A stretch of 45,320 bases of DNA from assembly GCA_031368125.1 (NCBI GenBank), contig JANLQZ010000804.1, forward strand, positions 1-45,320, written 5' to 3'. The first letter of the stretch is position 1; each line of letters opens with the position of its first letter. The notes beneath the pieces are model-generated. The model did no database searches. It saw only the letters and a program-made list of their open reading frames with translations, and was not told where the DNA came from. Below are positions 1 to 8,496 of this stretch, in pieces. The DNA comes from Betaproteobacteria bacterium. Lineage in GTDB: Bacteria; Pseudomonadota; Gammaproteobacteria; Burkholderiales; Burkholderiaceae_C. The position numbers and the translations under genes were made by a program.

Positions 1-207
1 CGGCTGGGCTCGCACCTGGACGAACTGGAGCGGCTGATCAACAAGGGGGGTGAGGTCGGCAAGCGGCTGGATTTTCTGATCCAGGAGTTGCACCGCGAAG
101 CCAACACCATGGGCTCGAAGTCCGCCGCCCTGCCACTGACCAACATCGCGGTCGACATGAAGGTGCTGATCGAGCAGATGCGCGAGCAGGTGCAGAACAT
201 CGAGTAG
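1..207 (+). CDS. yicC: YicC/YloC family endoribonuclease, 3' end (partial)
   Basis: Frame 1 reads RLGSHLDELERLINKGGEVGKRLDFLIQELHREANTMGSKSAALPLTNIAVDMKVLIEQMREQVQNIE*, the conserved YicC C-terminus (GKRLDFL.QE..REANT.GSKS...EQ.QNIE). TAG at 205-207. Confidence 0.95.
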   Translation, partial: RLGSHLDELERLINKGGEVGKRLDFLIQELHREANTMGSKSAALPLTNIAVDMKVLIEQMREQVQNIE

Positions 208-215
208 CGTTTTTC

Positions 216-247
216 GGGGGGTCTTTTGGGGTGTCTTGTGGTGTCTT
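216..247 (+). repeat. Three GGNGTCTT direct repeats just after the yicC stop; candidate integrase arm-type sites at an att junction
   Basis: GGGGTCTT 218-225, GGTGTCTT 230-237, GGTGTCTT 240-247. The repeats are seen directly; the function is inferred. Confidence 0.5.
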
Positions 248-600
248 GCCCTCCCCAAGCGGCACTTCGACAGCCGGAGGTACGGGGCATTTCCCGGAAG
301 AAGATGGAAAACCTTGGCAGCTGGCTTTGTCGGCATGCGCCGATTCCCGGCCCACGCGCAGGCGGCGCCAGGTACCAGGGCTGGCAACGGCGGATGGGCA
401 CAATGAATTCCCCCGTTCCACCTGCGCCCTCCAGGGCTTCGCCGGTGAGGGTCTGGGCGCGGTCCGAGTTCAGTTTCGCGGCCCGTGCCGGCGACACGTA
501 CTTGCCCATGACACACAAGACTTATCTTCACCGCCCGCACGGCTCGCGCACTCCCGCGCGCACGAGGCAAGGTATCGATCGGTTGCGCCGTGGGCGCGCC

Positions 601-2256
601 TTATTCAACGGATGACTGCCGGCTTGGCCGCACCCAGTCCACCGGCGTGATCTTGCCTTCCCGCACCATCTCCAGCAGGACGTTCTTCTGGATCTTTCCG
701 GTGGCGGTCATGGGAAACTGGTCGACGAAGAACCACTTTTCGGGTGTCTTCTGGGGCGACAGGTTGGCCCGGCAATATTGGTGCAGTTCGTCCACCGAAG
801 GCGGATTTTTGAGATCCTTGGCCATCACGACGGCGCCTACGATCTCGCCCCAGGTCTCGTCGGGCAAGCCGGCGACCGCCACCTGTGCAACGCCAGGGTG
901 CTCGAAGAGGATGTCCTCGATCTCCTTGGGATAGAGGTTCATGCCGCCCCGGATGATCATCTCCTTGAGCCGGCCCGTGATGCGGAAGTAGCCGTTCTCG
1001 TCCATCGTTCCGAGATCTCCGGTGCGCAGCCAGCCATCTTCGGTCAGCGCCGCCTTGCTCGCCTCCGGCTGCCCGTAGTAACCCGACATGGTCATGAAAC
1101 CGCGCACCCAGAATTCGCCGATCGTGCCGACAGGCACGGTTTTCAGCGTCTCGATATTCACCACCTTGACTTCACAGTGCGGGATCGGGCGGCCGATGGT
1201 CTCGGATTGCAGCTCCGGGGAGTCGGTCGTGAGGGTTTCGGTGAACGGCCCATTCGCTTCGGTCTGGCCGTACATGATGCAGAACTGGCAGTCGAATTCC
1301 TTGGTGGCCCGCCGAACCAGGGGCGCCGGGACCGTCGCCGCGCCCGACAGGATCGACTTGAAGCTCGATACGTCGCGTTTCTTCAGGTCGGGGTGATTCA
1401 GAAGCGCAAGAATCATGGTCGGTACGATCAGCGAATTGTTGCAGCGCTCGGCTTCGATCAACTCCAGGAACAAGCCCGGGTCGAACGACTGCATCAGGAC
1501 AAACGTGCCCTTGCGGCTGAACGTGCCGATCTCGCTCACGATGCCGCCGCCGATATGGAACAGCGGCATGGCGTTGATCCAGACACCACCGTTCGGGAAG
1601 TTGGCGCGGGTGGCGATCTGGTGTGCCGCGTTGATGACGCCACGGTGGTGCAGACACGCCCCCTTGGGAAACCCGGTGGTGCCCGACGTGTACTGGATCT
1701 GCATCGTCTGCGTAGGTGTCTGCGTGGGCAGTTCCCGCGCCGGATCGCCCGCCGCTTTCAGCGCCTCGATGTCCGATATGCAGATGGCCGTCTTCAGCTT
1801 CGGCAGCTTGGCTTGCACGCCCTCGACGATCTTGCGCAGGTCCTTGCCGCGCGAGCTTTCGGCGAACACGATCGCACTGGCGTCGGAGCTTCTCACGACG
1901 AATTCGACCTCGCGCTCGGTGTAGGCCGGGTTCAGCGGAACGATGATCAGGCCTGCAAAACACAGGCCGTGTTGCATGATCACCCACTCCGGGGTTTCCG
2001 GCGCCAGGAGCGCCACCTTGTCGCCGGGCTGCAGATGCGTCAGCAGCCCCCGGGCGACCTTCTGGACATCATCCATCAGTTGTTGGTAGGTCCAGCGCCG
2101 CCGCTTCGCGGGATCCGCCACGCCTTCGACCAGGGCCAGGCGATCGGGAACCTCGCGCGCGATCTTCAGCATGAGGTCGGGCAAGGTCATTTCGATCAGT
2201 TCTCCGACTTCTTCAGCGGGGAAATAGGACTCGGTGAACTTGGTGCTGGCTTGCAT
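601..2256 (-). CDS. Acyl-CoA synthetase (AMP-forming), 551 aa
   Basis: YTSGTTGFPKG, YGQTE, WLRTGDLG, ITGRLKEMIIRGG and TGKIQK motifs. Start set at MQASTK, preceded by AAGGAG. Confidence 0.93.
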   Translation of the reverse strand: MQASTKFTESYFPAEEVGELIEMTLPDLMLKIAREVPDRLALVEGVADPAKRRRWTYQQLMDDVQKVARGLLTHLQPGDKVALLAPETPEWVIMQHGLCFAGLIIVPLNPAYTEREVEFVVRSSDASAIVFAESSRGKDLRKIVEGVQAKLPKLKTAICISDIEALKAAGDPARELPTQTPTQTMQIQYTSGTTGFPKGACLHHRGVINAAHQIATRANFPNGGVWINAMPLFHIGGGIVSEIGTFSRKGTFVLMQSFDPGLFLELIEAERCNNSLIVPTMILALLNHPDLKKRDVSSFKSILSGAATVPAPLVRRATKEFDCQFCIMYGQTEANGPFTETLTTDSPELQSETIGRPIPHCEVKVVNIETLKTVPVGTIGEFWVRGFMTMSGYYGQPEASKAALTEDGWLRTGDLGTMDENGYFRITGRLKEMIIRGGMNLYPKEIEDILFEHPGVAQVAVAGLPDETWGEIVGAVVMAKDLKNPPSVDELHQYCRANLSPQKTPEKWFFVDQFPMTATGKIQKNVLLEMVREGKITPVDWVRPSRQSSVE

Positions 2257-2491
2257 CTTGGCGTCTCCTTGTAGTGGGTTTGGCAGGGTGCGGTGATCGG
2301 TCAGCGGCGTCTGCAGCATCTGCCTGCGTTCATGCCGCGCCTGCTGCGGCTGCACCCTATCGGCGGCCCAGCGCGCATGCAACCGGTTTGCAGGTCCCGG
2401 CGTTGACCACGGTCCGGGTGCAGTGAATGAAGCCGTAGGGCAGCGGTCCGATCCTCCACGAGATTGGTTCGGGCAAGAGTTTAATGAAATG

Positions 2492-2511
2492 GCGTACTGT
2501 ACGCAAGCGTA
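2492..2511. promoter_or_regulatory. Palindrome GCGTACTGTACGC with TA lattice upstream of the CoA ligase
   Basis: 13-bp palindrome at 2492-2504; TA at 2495, 2500 and 2510. Confidence 0.5.
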
Positions 2512-2571
2512 TTTTCTGTGCCGTGCCGCTGTCGCGACCGGCCAGCAAATGACGGAGGCGCCGAACCTTCA

Positions 2572-3117
2572 TTAATCGGTCGGCTCAGTAGCCTTGACCG
2601 ATTGCAGATTGCGTTTGACCAAGCTGAGCATGTCAACGAGCTTGTGGCGCGCCGCCTCATCGAGCCCCGCGAGGATGCGCTCACTCATGTCGTGGCTGCG
2701 CACCTTCATCTCGGTGATCATCTGCGAACCCTTGGTCGTGAGGTAGATGCGTTTGACACGACGGTCGGATTCGTCCGGACGCCGCTCGATGAACCTGGAC
2801 GCTTCCAGCCGGTCGATCAGGCCGCCCAAGGCTGCCTTGCCGATATCCAGCACATTGGCCAGATCGCTCTGGATCATGCCGTCGTGGCGCGCAAGGTGGG
2901 CCAGGATCCACCATTGCGAACGCGTCAGCCCCACCGGTTTCATGAAATCGTCGAACACGCCACGCCGCAGACGCGACACATCGTGCATCAGGAATCCGAG
3001 GCGGGCATCCCAGTTGTCGGTGGGCTGGGGTTTGCCGGAGGGACGCCCCGCTGCGGGCACCACGGCTTTGGCCGCCTTGGCTGGCCTGACTGACTTGGAC
3101 GGCAAATCGCGTTTCAT
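2572..3117 (-). CDS. MarR family transcriptional regulator
   Basis: GLTRSQWWIL...QSDLA...IDRLE...IERRPDESDRRVKRIYLT winged-helix signature. RBS AAGGA before MKRD. Confidence 0.93.
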   Translation of the reverse strand: MKRDLPSKSVRPAKAAKAVVPAAGRPSGKPQPTDNWDARLGFLMHDVSRLRRGVFDDFMKPVGLTRSQWWILAHLARHDGMIQSDLANVLDIGKAALGGLIDRLEASRFIERRPDESDRRVKRIYLTTKGSQMITEMKVRSHDMSERILAGLDEAARHKLVDMLSLVKRNLQSVKATEPTD

Positions 3118-3166
3118 GTATGGGTTCCTTGGAGTTGGCCGGAAAAACACCCGACCTGCAGCCCCG

Positions 3167-3204
3167 TATTTTACGCATCCATGCCGTAACCTAGCCTACC
3201 GTAT
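3167..3204. promoter_or_regulatory. TA-lattice element upstream of marR (possible autoregulatory operator)
   Basis: TA at 3167, 3172, 3187, 3192, 3197 and 3202, all in one 5-bp phase. Confidence 0.55.
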
Positions 3205-3221
3205 CACCTCAACGGGCTGGC

Positions 3222-4154
3222 TCAGAAGGCCACCTTCGCCGAGCCCTTGAGTTGCAGGATCTCCCGCGCCTCGGCGGGTGTGGCGATCTCCAAGCCCAGC
3301 CCTTCGAGGATGTCACGCACCTTGCGCACCTGCTGGGCATTGGACTGCGCCAGTTGTCCCTTGCCGATCCACAGGCTGTCTTCCAGGCCGACCCGGACAT
3401 TACCGCCCATCGATGCCGCCATGGCCGCGATCTTCATCTGGCTGGCGCCTGCGCCCAGCACAGACCAGCGGTAGTCGTCGCCGAACAGACGGTCGGCGGT
3501 GCGCTTCATGTGCATCACGTCGTCCGGGTGGGTGCCGATGCCGCCCAGGATGCCGAACACCGTCTGGATGAAGAACGGCGCCTTCACCAGGCCGCGCTCC
3601 ACGAAATGCGCCAGGTTGTACAGGTGCGAGGTGTCGTAACACTCGAACTCGTACCGTGTCTCGTTGACAGACAACTCGGTCAGCACGGTCTCGAGGTCGC
3701 CATAGGTATTGCGAAAGATCAGGTCCTTGCTGCCTTCCAGGTACGGGCGCTCCCAATCGTGCTTGAACTCCTTGAAACGCTTGAGCATCGGGAACAGCCC
3801 GAAGTTCATCGTGCCCATGTTCATCGACGCCACCTCGGGCTTGAGCACCTTGGCCGGTTGCATGCGTTCGTGCACGGTCATGTAGGGCGAGCCGCCGGTG
3901 GTGAGGTTGACGATCGCGTCGGACCGTTGCTTGATGAGTTTGAGGAACGGCGTGAAGGCTTCCGGCCGCTGGTCCGGCTTGCCCGTCACGGGGTCGCGCG
4001 AATGCAGGTGGATGATGGCCGCGCCGGCCTCGGCCGCCGCGATCGACGCCTCCGCGATCTCCTGCGCCGTGACCGGCAGGTAGGGCGACATCGACGGTGT
4101 GTGGATGGCACCCGTGACGGCGCAGCTGATGATCACTTTCTTTTGCTGGAACAT
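3222..4154 (-). CDS. Beta-keto acid cleavage enzyme (BKACE/DUF849, 3-keto-5-aminohexanoate cleavage family)
   Basis: IISCAVTGA, AGAAIIHLHSRD (HxH), TTGG, ASMNMGTMN, EFECYD and VRVGLED motifs. Confidence 0.93.
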   Translation of the reverse strand: MFQQKKVIISCAVTGAIHTPSMSPYLPVTAQEIAEASIAAAEAGAAIIHLHSRDPVTGKPDQRPEAFTPFLKLIKQRSDAIVNLTTGGSPYMTVHERMQPAKVLKPEVASMNMGTMNFGLFPMLKRFKEFKHDWERPYLEGSKDLIFRNTYGDLETVLTELSVNETRYEFECYDTSHLYNLAHFVERGLVKAPFFIQTVFGILGGIGTHPDDVMHMKRTADRLFGDDYRWSVLGAGASQMKIAAMAASMGGNVRVGLEDSLWIGKGQLAQSNAQQVRKVRDILEGLGLEIATPAEAREILQLKGSAKVAF

Positions 4155-4201
4155 GTCTTCCTTTGTGTATGTATTGGATGTGAAAGCCGCACCGGGCCGT
4201 G

Positions 4202-5056
4202 TTACGCCACCACCACGGCCCGGCCATTGTTGAGGACCACCACGTTGCGCTCAGCCACGCGCGAGCGGAAGCTCACGATGTCGCGGTCCCGCCAGAGGTC
4301 GGTCACCAGCGTCTCGCCCGGGAAGACCGGCGATGAAAAACGCAGTTGCAGGGATTTCAGTCGTTCCGGCGCATCGTCGCAGCAACTCGCCAGCACTGCC
4401 CGGGTCGCCACACCGAGCGAACACAGTCCATGCAGGATCGGCCGCTCGAACCCGGCCTTGCGCGCCAGCACCGGGTCGGCATGGATCGGGTTGTAGTCAC
4501 CCGACAGCCGGTAGATCAGCGCGGCGCGCGCCAGCGTTGTCAGGGTGCAACTCAGGTCGGGGGCGCGATCGGGAATCGGGTGCGGCGCCGGCGCTTCGGT
4601 CGTGGTGCCGCCACAACCACCGTCGCCGCGCAGGAAGTAGGTCGACGTGACGGTGCTCACGACCGCTTCAACGCCCTTCTCTCGCAACTCCTTGCGCAGG
4701 AACAGCAGGGCTCCCTTGCCCGGCCCCTTGTCGACCACGTCCAGCACCTGGTAAGTTCCCACGTAGGTCTTGCCCGGCTCCAGCGTCGCGTGCATGGTGA
4801 ACGACTGTTCGCCGTGCAGCAGCTTGACCCAGTCCACCGCCAGCTCCGGCGCCTGGATCCAGCCGCCCGGATGCGCGATGACGTTGACAAGCGAGGGAAA
4901 GAACTTGAGCCCCTTCTCGTAGGTGAACTGCAGGTCGCGCGGGTCTTCGGGGCGGTCACCCACGCCGATGCCCAGCGCATACAGCATGCAGTCACGCGCA
5001 GTGACCAAGTGTTCGACGGGTGCAAATTGCTTGCCCAGAACGTTGTCGAGATGCAT
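4202..5056 (-). CDS. Double hot-dog (R)-specific enoyl-CoA hydratase, MaoC/MFE-2 hydratase-like
   Basis: LYALGIG, LLHGEQ, and the hydratase-2 motif YRLSGDYNPIHADP..A..AGF..PILHGLC. Confidence 0.9.
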   Translation of the reverse strand: MHLDNVLGKQFAPVEHLVTARDCMLYALGIGVGDRPEDPRDLQFTYEKGLKFFPSLVNVIAHPGGWIQAPELAVDWVKLLHGEQSFTMHATLEPGKTYVGTYQVLDVVDKGPGKGALLFLRKELREKGVEAVVSTVTSTYFLRGDGGCGGTTTEAPAPHPIPDRAPDLSCTLTTLARAALIYRLSGDYNPIHADPVLARKAGFERPILHGLCSLGVATRAVLASCCDDAPERLKSLQLRFSSPVFPGETLVTDLWRDRDIVSFRSRVAERNVVVLNNGRAVVVA

Positions 5057-5075
5057 GGTTATTGCCGGTGGGCGT

Positions 5076-5990
5076 TCAGACCGGATCCCACGAAAACACG
5101 TCCTTGGAACGGTCCAACGCGTAGAACGAGGGCTGCATCATCGGGATGGCGACGTCCAGGCAACCCTGCACCGTCCAGCCGGTCCCGCAGTGCGCGGTGC
5201 GTATCGGGCGCGGCTGCGAGAACAGGTAGATCTCGTTGTTGCGCACACCGAAGATCTGCCCGGTCACGCTCTTTGCGGCATCGGTCAGCAGCGCGCAGGT
5301 GAAGGGGGCAATCTTGTCCGCCTCGAGCCGGCGGTTGACCTCCATGCGCGCCTTGCCCTCGGGCGTGGTGGTCGGGATGGTGTCGACCATACGCGTGAAG
5401 GCGAATGGTGCGATGCAGTTGGAGCGCACATTGAAGCGCTCCATGTCCAGCGCGATCGCCTTGGACAGACCCACGATGCCCATCTTGGCGGCACAGTAGT
5501 TGGCCTGCCCGAAGTTGCCGATCAGCCCCGAGGTGGAGGTCATGTGTACGAAAGCACCGGTTTCCTCGGTCTTGAAATGCGGCGACGCGGCGCGCGACAT
5601 GTTGAAACAGCCCTTGAGATGCACCATGACCACAGCATCGAAATCCTCCTCGGACATCTTGTGGAAGATTCCGTCGCGCAGGTTGCCGGCATTGTTGACC
5701 ACACCATCGATACGGCCATACAGGTCGAGCGCATTCTGGATGATCGCCTGGGCCGACTTCCATTCGGCGACGCTGTCGGTGTTGGCCGCCGCGATGCCGC
5801 CAAAGGCCCGGATCTCGTCGACCGTCTGCTGGGCCGGGCCGGCGCTGGCTCCGGTGCCGTCGATCGCCACACCCAGGTCGTTCACGATCACCTTCGCGCC
5901 CTGGCGCGCGGCCTCCATCGCGATCCCCTTGCCCACACCCGCGCCCGCGCCGGTAACCACGATGACTTTTCCTTCCAGCAAACCCTGCAT
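5076..5990 (-). CDS. SDR oxidoreductase, MFE-2-type 3-hydroxyacyl-CoA dehydrogenase-like
   Basis: TGAGAGVG, VIVNDLG, NNAGNLRD and GNFGQANYCAAK (YxxxK). RBS GGAG before MQGLL. Confidence 0.88.
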   Translation of the reverse strand: MQGLLEGKVIVVTGAGAGVGKGIAMEAARQGAKVIVNDLGVAIDGTGASAGPAQQTVDEIRAFGGIAAANTDSVAEWKSAQAIIQNALDLYGRIDGVVNNAGNLRDGIFHKMSEEDFDAVVMVHLKGCFNMSRAASPHFKTEETGAFVHMTSTSGLIGNFGQANYCAAKMGIVGLSKAIALDMERFNVRSNCIAPFAFTRMVDTIPTTTPEGKARMEVNRRLEADKIAPFTCALLTDAAKSVTGQIFGVRNNEIYLFSQPRPIRTAHCGTGWTVQGCLDVAIPMMQPSFYALDRSKDVFSWDPV

Positions 5991-6045
5991 GACAATCTCC
6001 AAAAATAGAAGTTATGAACCGGAAAACAACTGGAGCGCTGACCGT

Positions 6046-7260
6046 TCAGACGATCCGGCGCTCGCGCAGGCCGGCGATCTCGGACGTGCTGTAGCCCACA
6101 CCGCCCAGCACCTGGTCGGTGTGCTCCCCGAGCATCGGCGGGCGCAGGCGAATACCGGTATCCATGCCGGAAAACTCGACCGGGCCCGACACCAGTGGCG
6201 CGGGCTTCGACAAACCCGGATAGTCGGTCCAGGTCAACATGCCGGTCTGCACCACCTGGGGATCCTCGATCACCTGCAGCGGCGAGAGCAGCTGCCCGGC
6301 CGGGATGCCCGACTGTTCCAGCCGCGCCAGCACCTGCGCCGTGCTGAACTGGCCGACCCAGGTCTGCATGCGTGCGCTGAGCACGCCACTGTTCTGGCTG
6401 CGCAGGTTGTCGTTGGCAAAACGCGGGTCGTCGAGCCACTGGCGCTCACCGATCATCTCGCACCAGCGCACGAACAGCGGCTGCCCGACCACCTGCGCCT
6501 GCACCCAGCCATCCATGGTCCGGAACAGGTCACCCGGCCCGCCGAACTGCGAACGGTTTCCACTCTGGGTACGTTCACGCCCGAGAAGGTAGGCCTCGAT
6601 GTTGTTGAACTGGAAAATGTTGAGTGCGGTGCGCAGCAGGTTGGCCTTGACCTCCTGGCCACGCCCGGTCTTCATGCGGTGCATCAGCGCTGCGACAGTG
6701 CCGTAGGCGGCGACGAAGGCGGTGGCGAAGTCACACCACGAGGCGTAGGATTTCATCGGCGCACCGGGTTGGCCCGACATGTAGGTTGCACCCGACATCG
6801 CCTGCGCCACGCCGTCGAACCCGGAGCGCTGCGCATAAGGCCCGGAGTCGCCAAAGGCGGTCTGGCTGCTCAGGATGATGTCCTTGCGGATGGCACGCAG
6901 GCACTGGTAGTCGATGCCCATGTCGCGCAAGCCGTCGACCGGCATGTTGGCCACCACCACATCGGCGCTCCTGACCAGGCGCTTCACCACCTCGCGGCCT
7001 TCGGGCTTCATCGGGTTGAGCGTCACCGAGAGCTTGTTGCGGTTGACCTGCAGGAACAACGCGCCCTCGCCACTGTCCATCACCGGGCAGATGTAGCGGT
7101 CTTCACTGCCCGCCAGCCGCTCGACCCGGATCACCTCGGCCCCGAGGTCGCCCAGCATCGCGGCACAGAATGGCCCGGCGATGTAGCGCCCGAAATCGAG
7201 AACACGCACGCCCTGCAGCAGTGGCTCCACAGGCCCTTCGTCTTCGATATCTTCCGCCAT
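6046..7260 (-). CDS. Class III CoA-transferase (CaiB/BaiF family)
   Basis: LQGVRVLDF.RYIAGP....MLGDLGAEVIRVE, NRNKLS, candidate catalytic Asp in WCDFATA, and PPMLGEHT. Start at MAEDIED. Confidence 0.9.
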   Translation of the reverse strand: MAEDIEDEGPVEPLLQGVRVLDFGRYIAGPFCAAMLGDLGAEVIRVERLAGSEDRYICPVMDSGEGALFLQVNRNKLSVTLNPMKPEGREVVKRLVRSADVVVANMPVDGLRDMGIDYQCLRAIRKDIILSSQTAFGDSGPYAQRSGFDGVAQAMSGATYMSGQPGAPMKSYASWCDFATAFVAAYGTVAALMHRMKTGRGQEVKANLLRTALNIFQFNNIEAYLLGRERTQSGNRSQFGGPGDLFRTMDGWVQAQVVGQPLFVRWCEMIGERQWLDDPRFANDNLRSQNSGVLSARMQTWVGQFSTAQVLARLEQSGIPAGQLLSPLQVIEDPQVVQTGMLTWTDYPGLSKPAPLVSGPVEFSGMDTGIRLRPPMLGEHTDQVLGGVGYSTSEIAGLRERRIV

Positions 7261-7285
7261 GTGCGCGTGCTTTCTGGTGTGTGTG

Positions 7286-8485
7286 TCAGCTATGCAAGCC
7301 CAGGATCGAGATCGCCGCGATGCCCTGGTAGGGAACCCCGCCGAGGTTGTGTGTGAGACCGATGCTCGGGCTGGACAACTGCCGTGCGCCGGCGCGGCCC
7401 AGCAGCTGGGTATAGACCTCGTAGGCCATGCGCAGGCCCGAGGCACCGATCGGGTGGCCAAAACACTTGAGACCGCCATCGATCTGGCACGGCACGCCGC
7501 CGTCGCGGTCGTAGAAGCCGTCCAGCACGTCGTGCGTGGCGCGCCCGTCTGCGGATACGAACAGGTCTTCCATCGTGACCAGTTCGGTGATGGAGAAGCA
7601 GTCGTGCACCTCCATCAGGTCGAGTTCCTCGCGCGGGTTCTGGATGCCGGCCTCCGCATAGGCGCGTTTGGCCGCCGTGCGGGTGGTGCGCACATAACTG
7701 CCGTCCCAGTGGTCGGTGGCGCTTTCCACGCCCGAACCGATGGCCAGCTGGATCGCCTTGATCGTGACCAGGTCCTTCTTGCCCATGGCGCGCGCGATGT
7801 CGGGCGTGGTCACGATGGCGCAGGCCGAGCCGTCGCTCACACCGCAGCAGTCGAACAGACCCAGCGGCTCGGCGATCATCGGCGCGTTCAGGATCTGCTC
7901 CATGGTGACCTCCTTCTGCAGGTGGGCCTTGGGGCTGCGGGTACCGTTCTGGTGGCTCTTCCAGGACACATGGGCGATGGCGCGCTTCAATGTCTCCTTG
8001 GAGATGCCATGTTTGGCGCGGTAACCGGCCGCCAATTGCGCAAAACCGGCCGGTGCCGAACCCAGCGGCATCCACAGGTCGTTGAAGGTTCCCTTGAAGC
8101 CGGAGGGCAACCCGCCGTAACCGGTGTCCTTGAGTTTTTCCGCGCCAATGGCCAGCGCGATGTCCACCGCGCCCGACGCCACCGCGTAGACCGCGCCGCG
8201 CAGGGCCTCGGTTCCGGTGGCGCACATGTTTTCCATGCGGCTGACCGGAATGCCGTCCAGGCGCAACGCCATCGACGCCGGAATCGCGGAATTGCCCACG
8301 TTGACGGAGTCCAGTGCCGCACCGTACCAGGCCGCATCGATCTGCCTGCGCTCGATGCCGGCATCGGTCAGCGCCTCCTCGAACGCCTCGGCCAGCAGCT
8401 GCGGCGTGCCGACGTCCCAACGCTCGCCGAAACGCGAGCAGCCCATGCCAAGAATGGCGACCTTGTCCTTGATACCTGTAGCCAT
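7286..8485 (-). CDS. SCP2/SCP-x type thiolase
   Basis: ENMCATG (nucleophile Cys), EVHDCF, GHPIGASG and THNLGG. True start MATGIKDKV lies inside the 727-aa track ORF. Confidence 0.92.
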   Translation of the reverse strand: MATGIKDKVAILGMGCSRFGERWDVGTPQLLAEAFEEALTDAGIERRQIDAAWYGAALDSVNVGNSAIPASMALRLDGIPVSRMENMCATGTEALRGAVYAVASGAVDIALAIGAEKLKDTGYGGLPSGFKGTFNDLWMPLGSAPAGFAQLAAGYRAKHGISKETLKRAIAHVSWKSHQNGTRSPKAHLQKEVTMEQILNAPMIAEPLGLFDCCGVSDGSACAIVTTPDIARAMGKKDLVTIKAIQLAIGSGVESATDHWDGSYVRTTRTAAKRAYAEAGIQNPREELDLMEVHDCFSITELVTMEDLFVSADGRATHDVLDGFYDRDGGVPCQIDGGLKCFGHPIGASGLRMAYEVYTQLLGRAGARQLSSPSIGLTHNLGGVPYQGIAAISILGLHS

Positions 8486-8496
8486 GGTGTTTCCTT

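Noticed and set aside
38-650. Short ORFs 38-421, 226-615 and 231-650 as an integrase or excisionase remnant
   Set aside because: No recognisable recombinase or AlpA motifs; they overlap yicC or the CoA ligase and look like random translations.
7277-7286. Short (GT)n tract between thiolase and CoA-transferase as a phase-variation site
   Set aside because: Only about five units and intergenic; too short to support.
6046-8485. Thiolase-CoA-transferase fusion broken by mutation
   Set aside because: Different frames, a 25-bp gap, and both genes look complete with their own start and stop.
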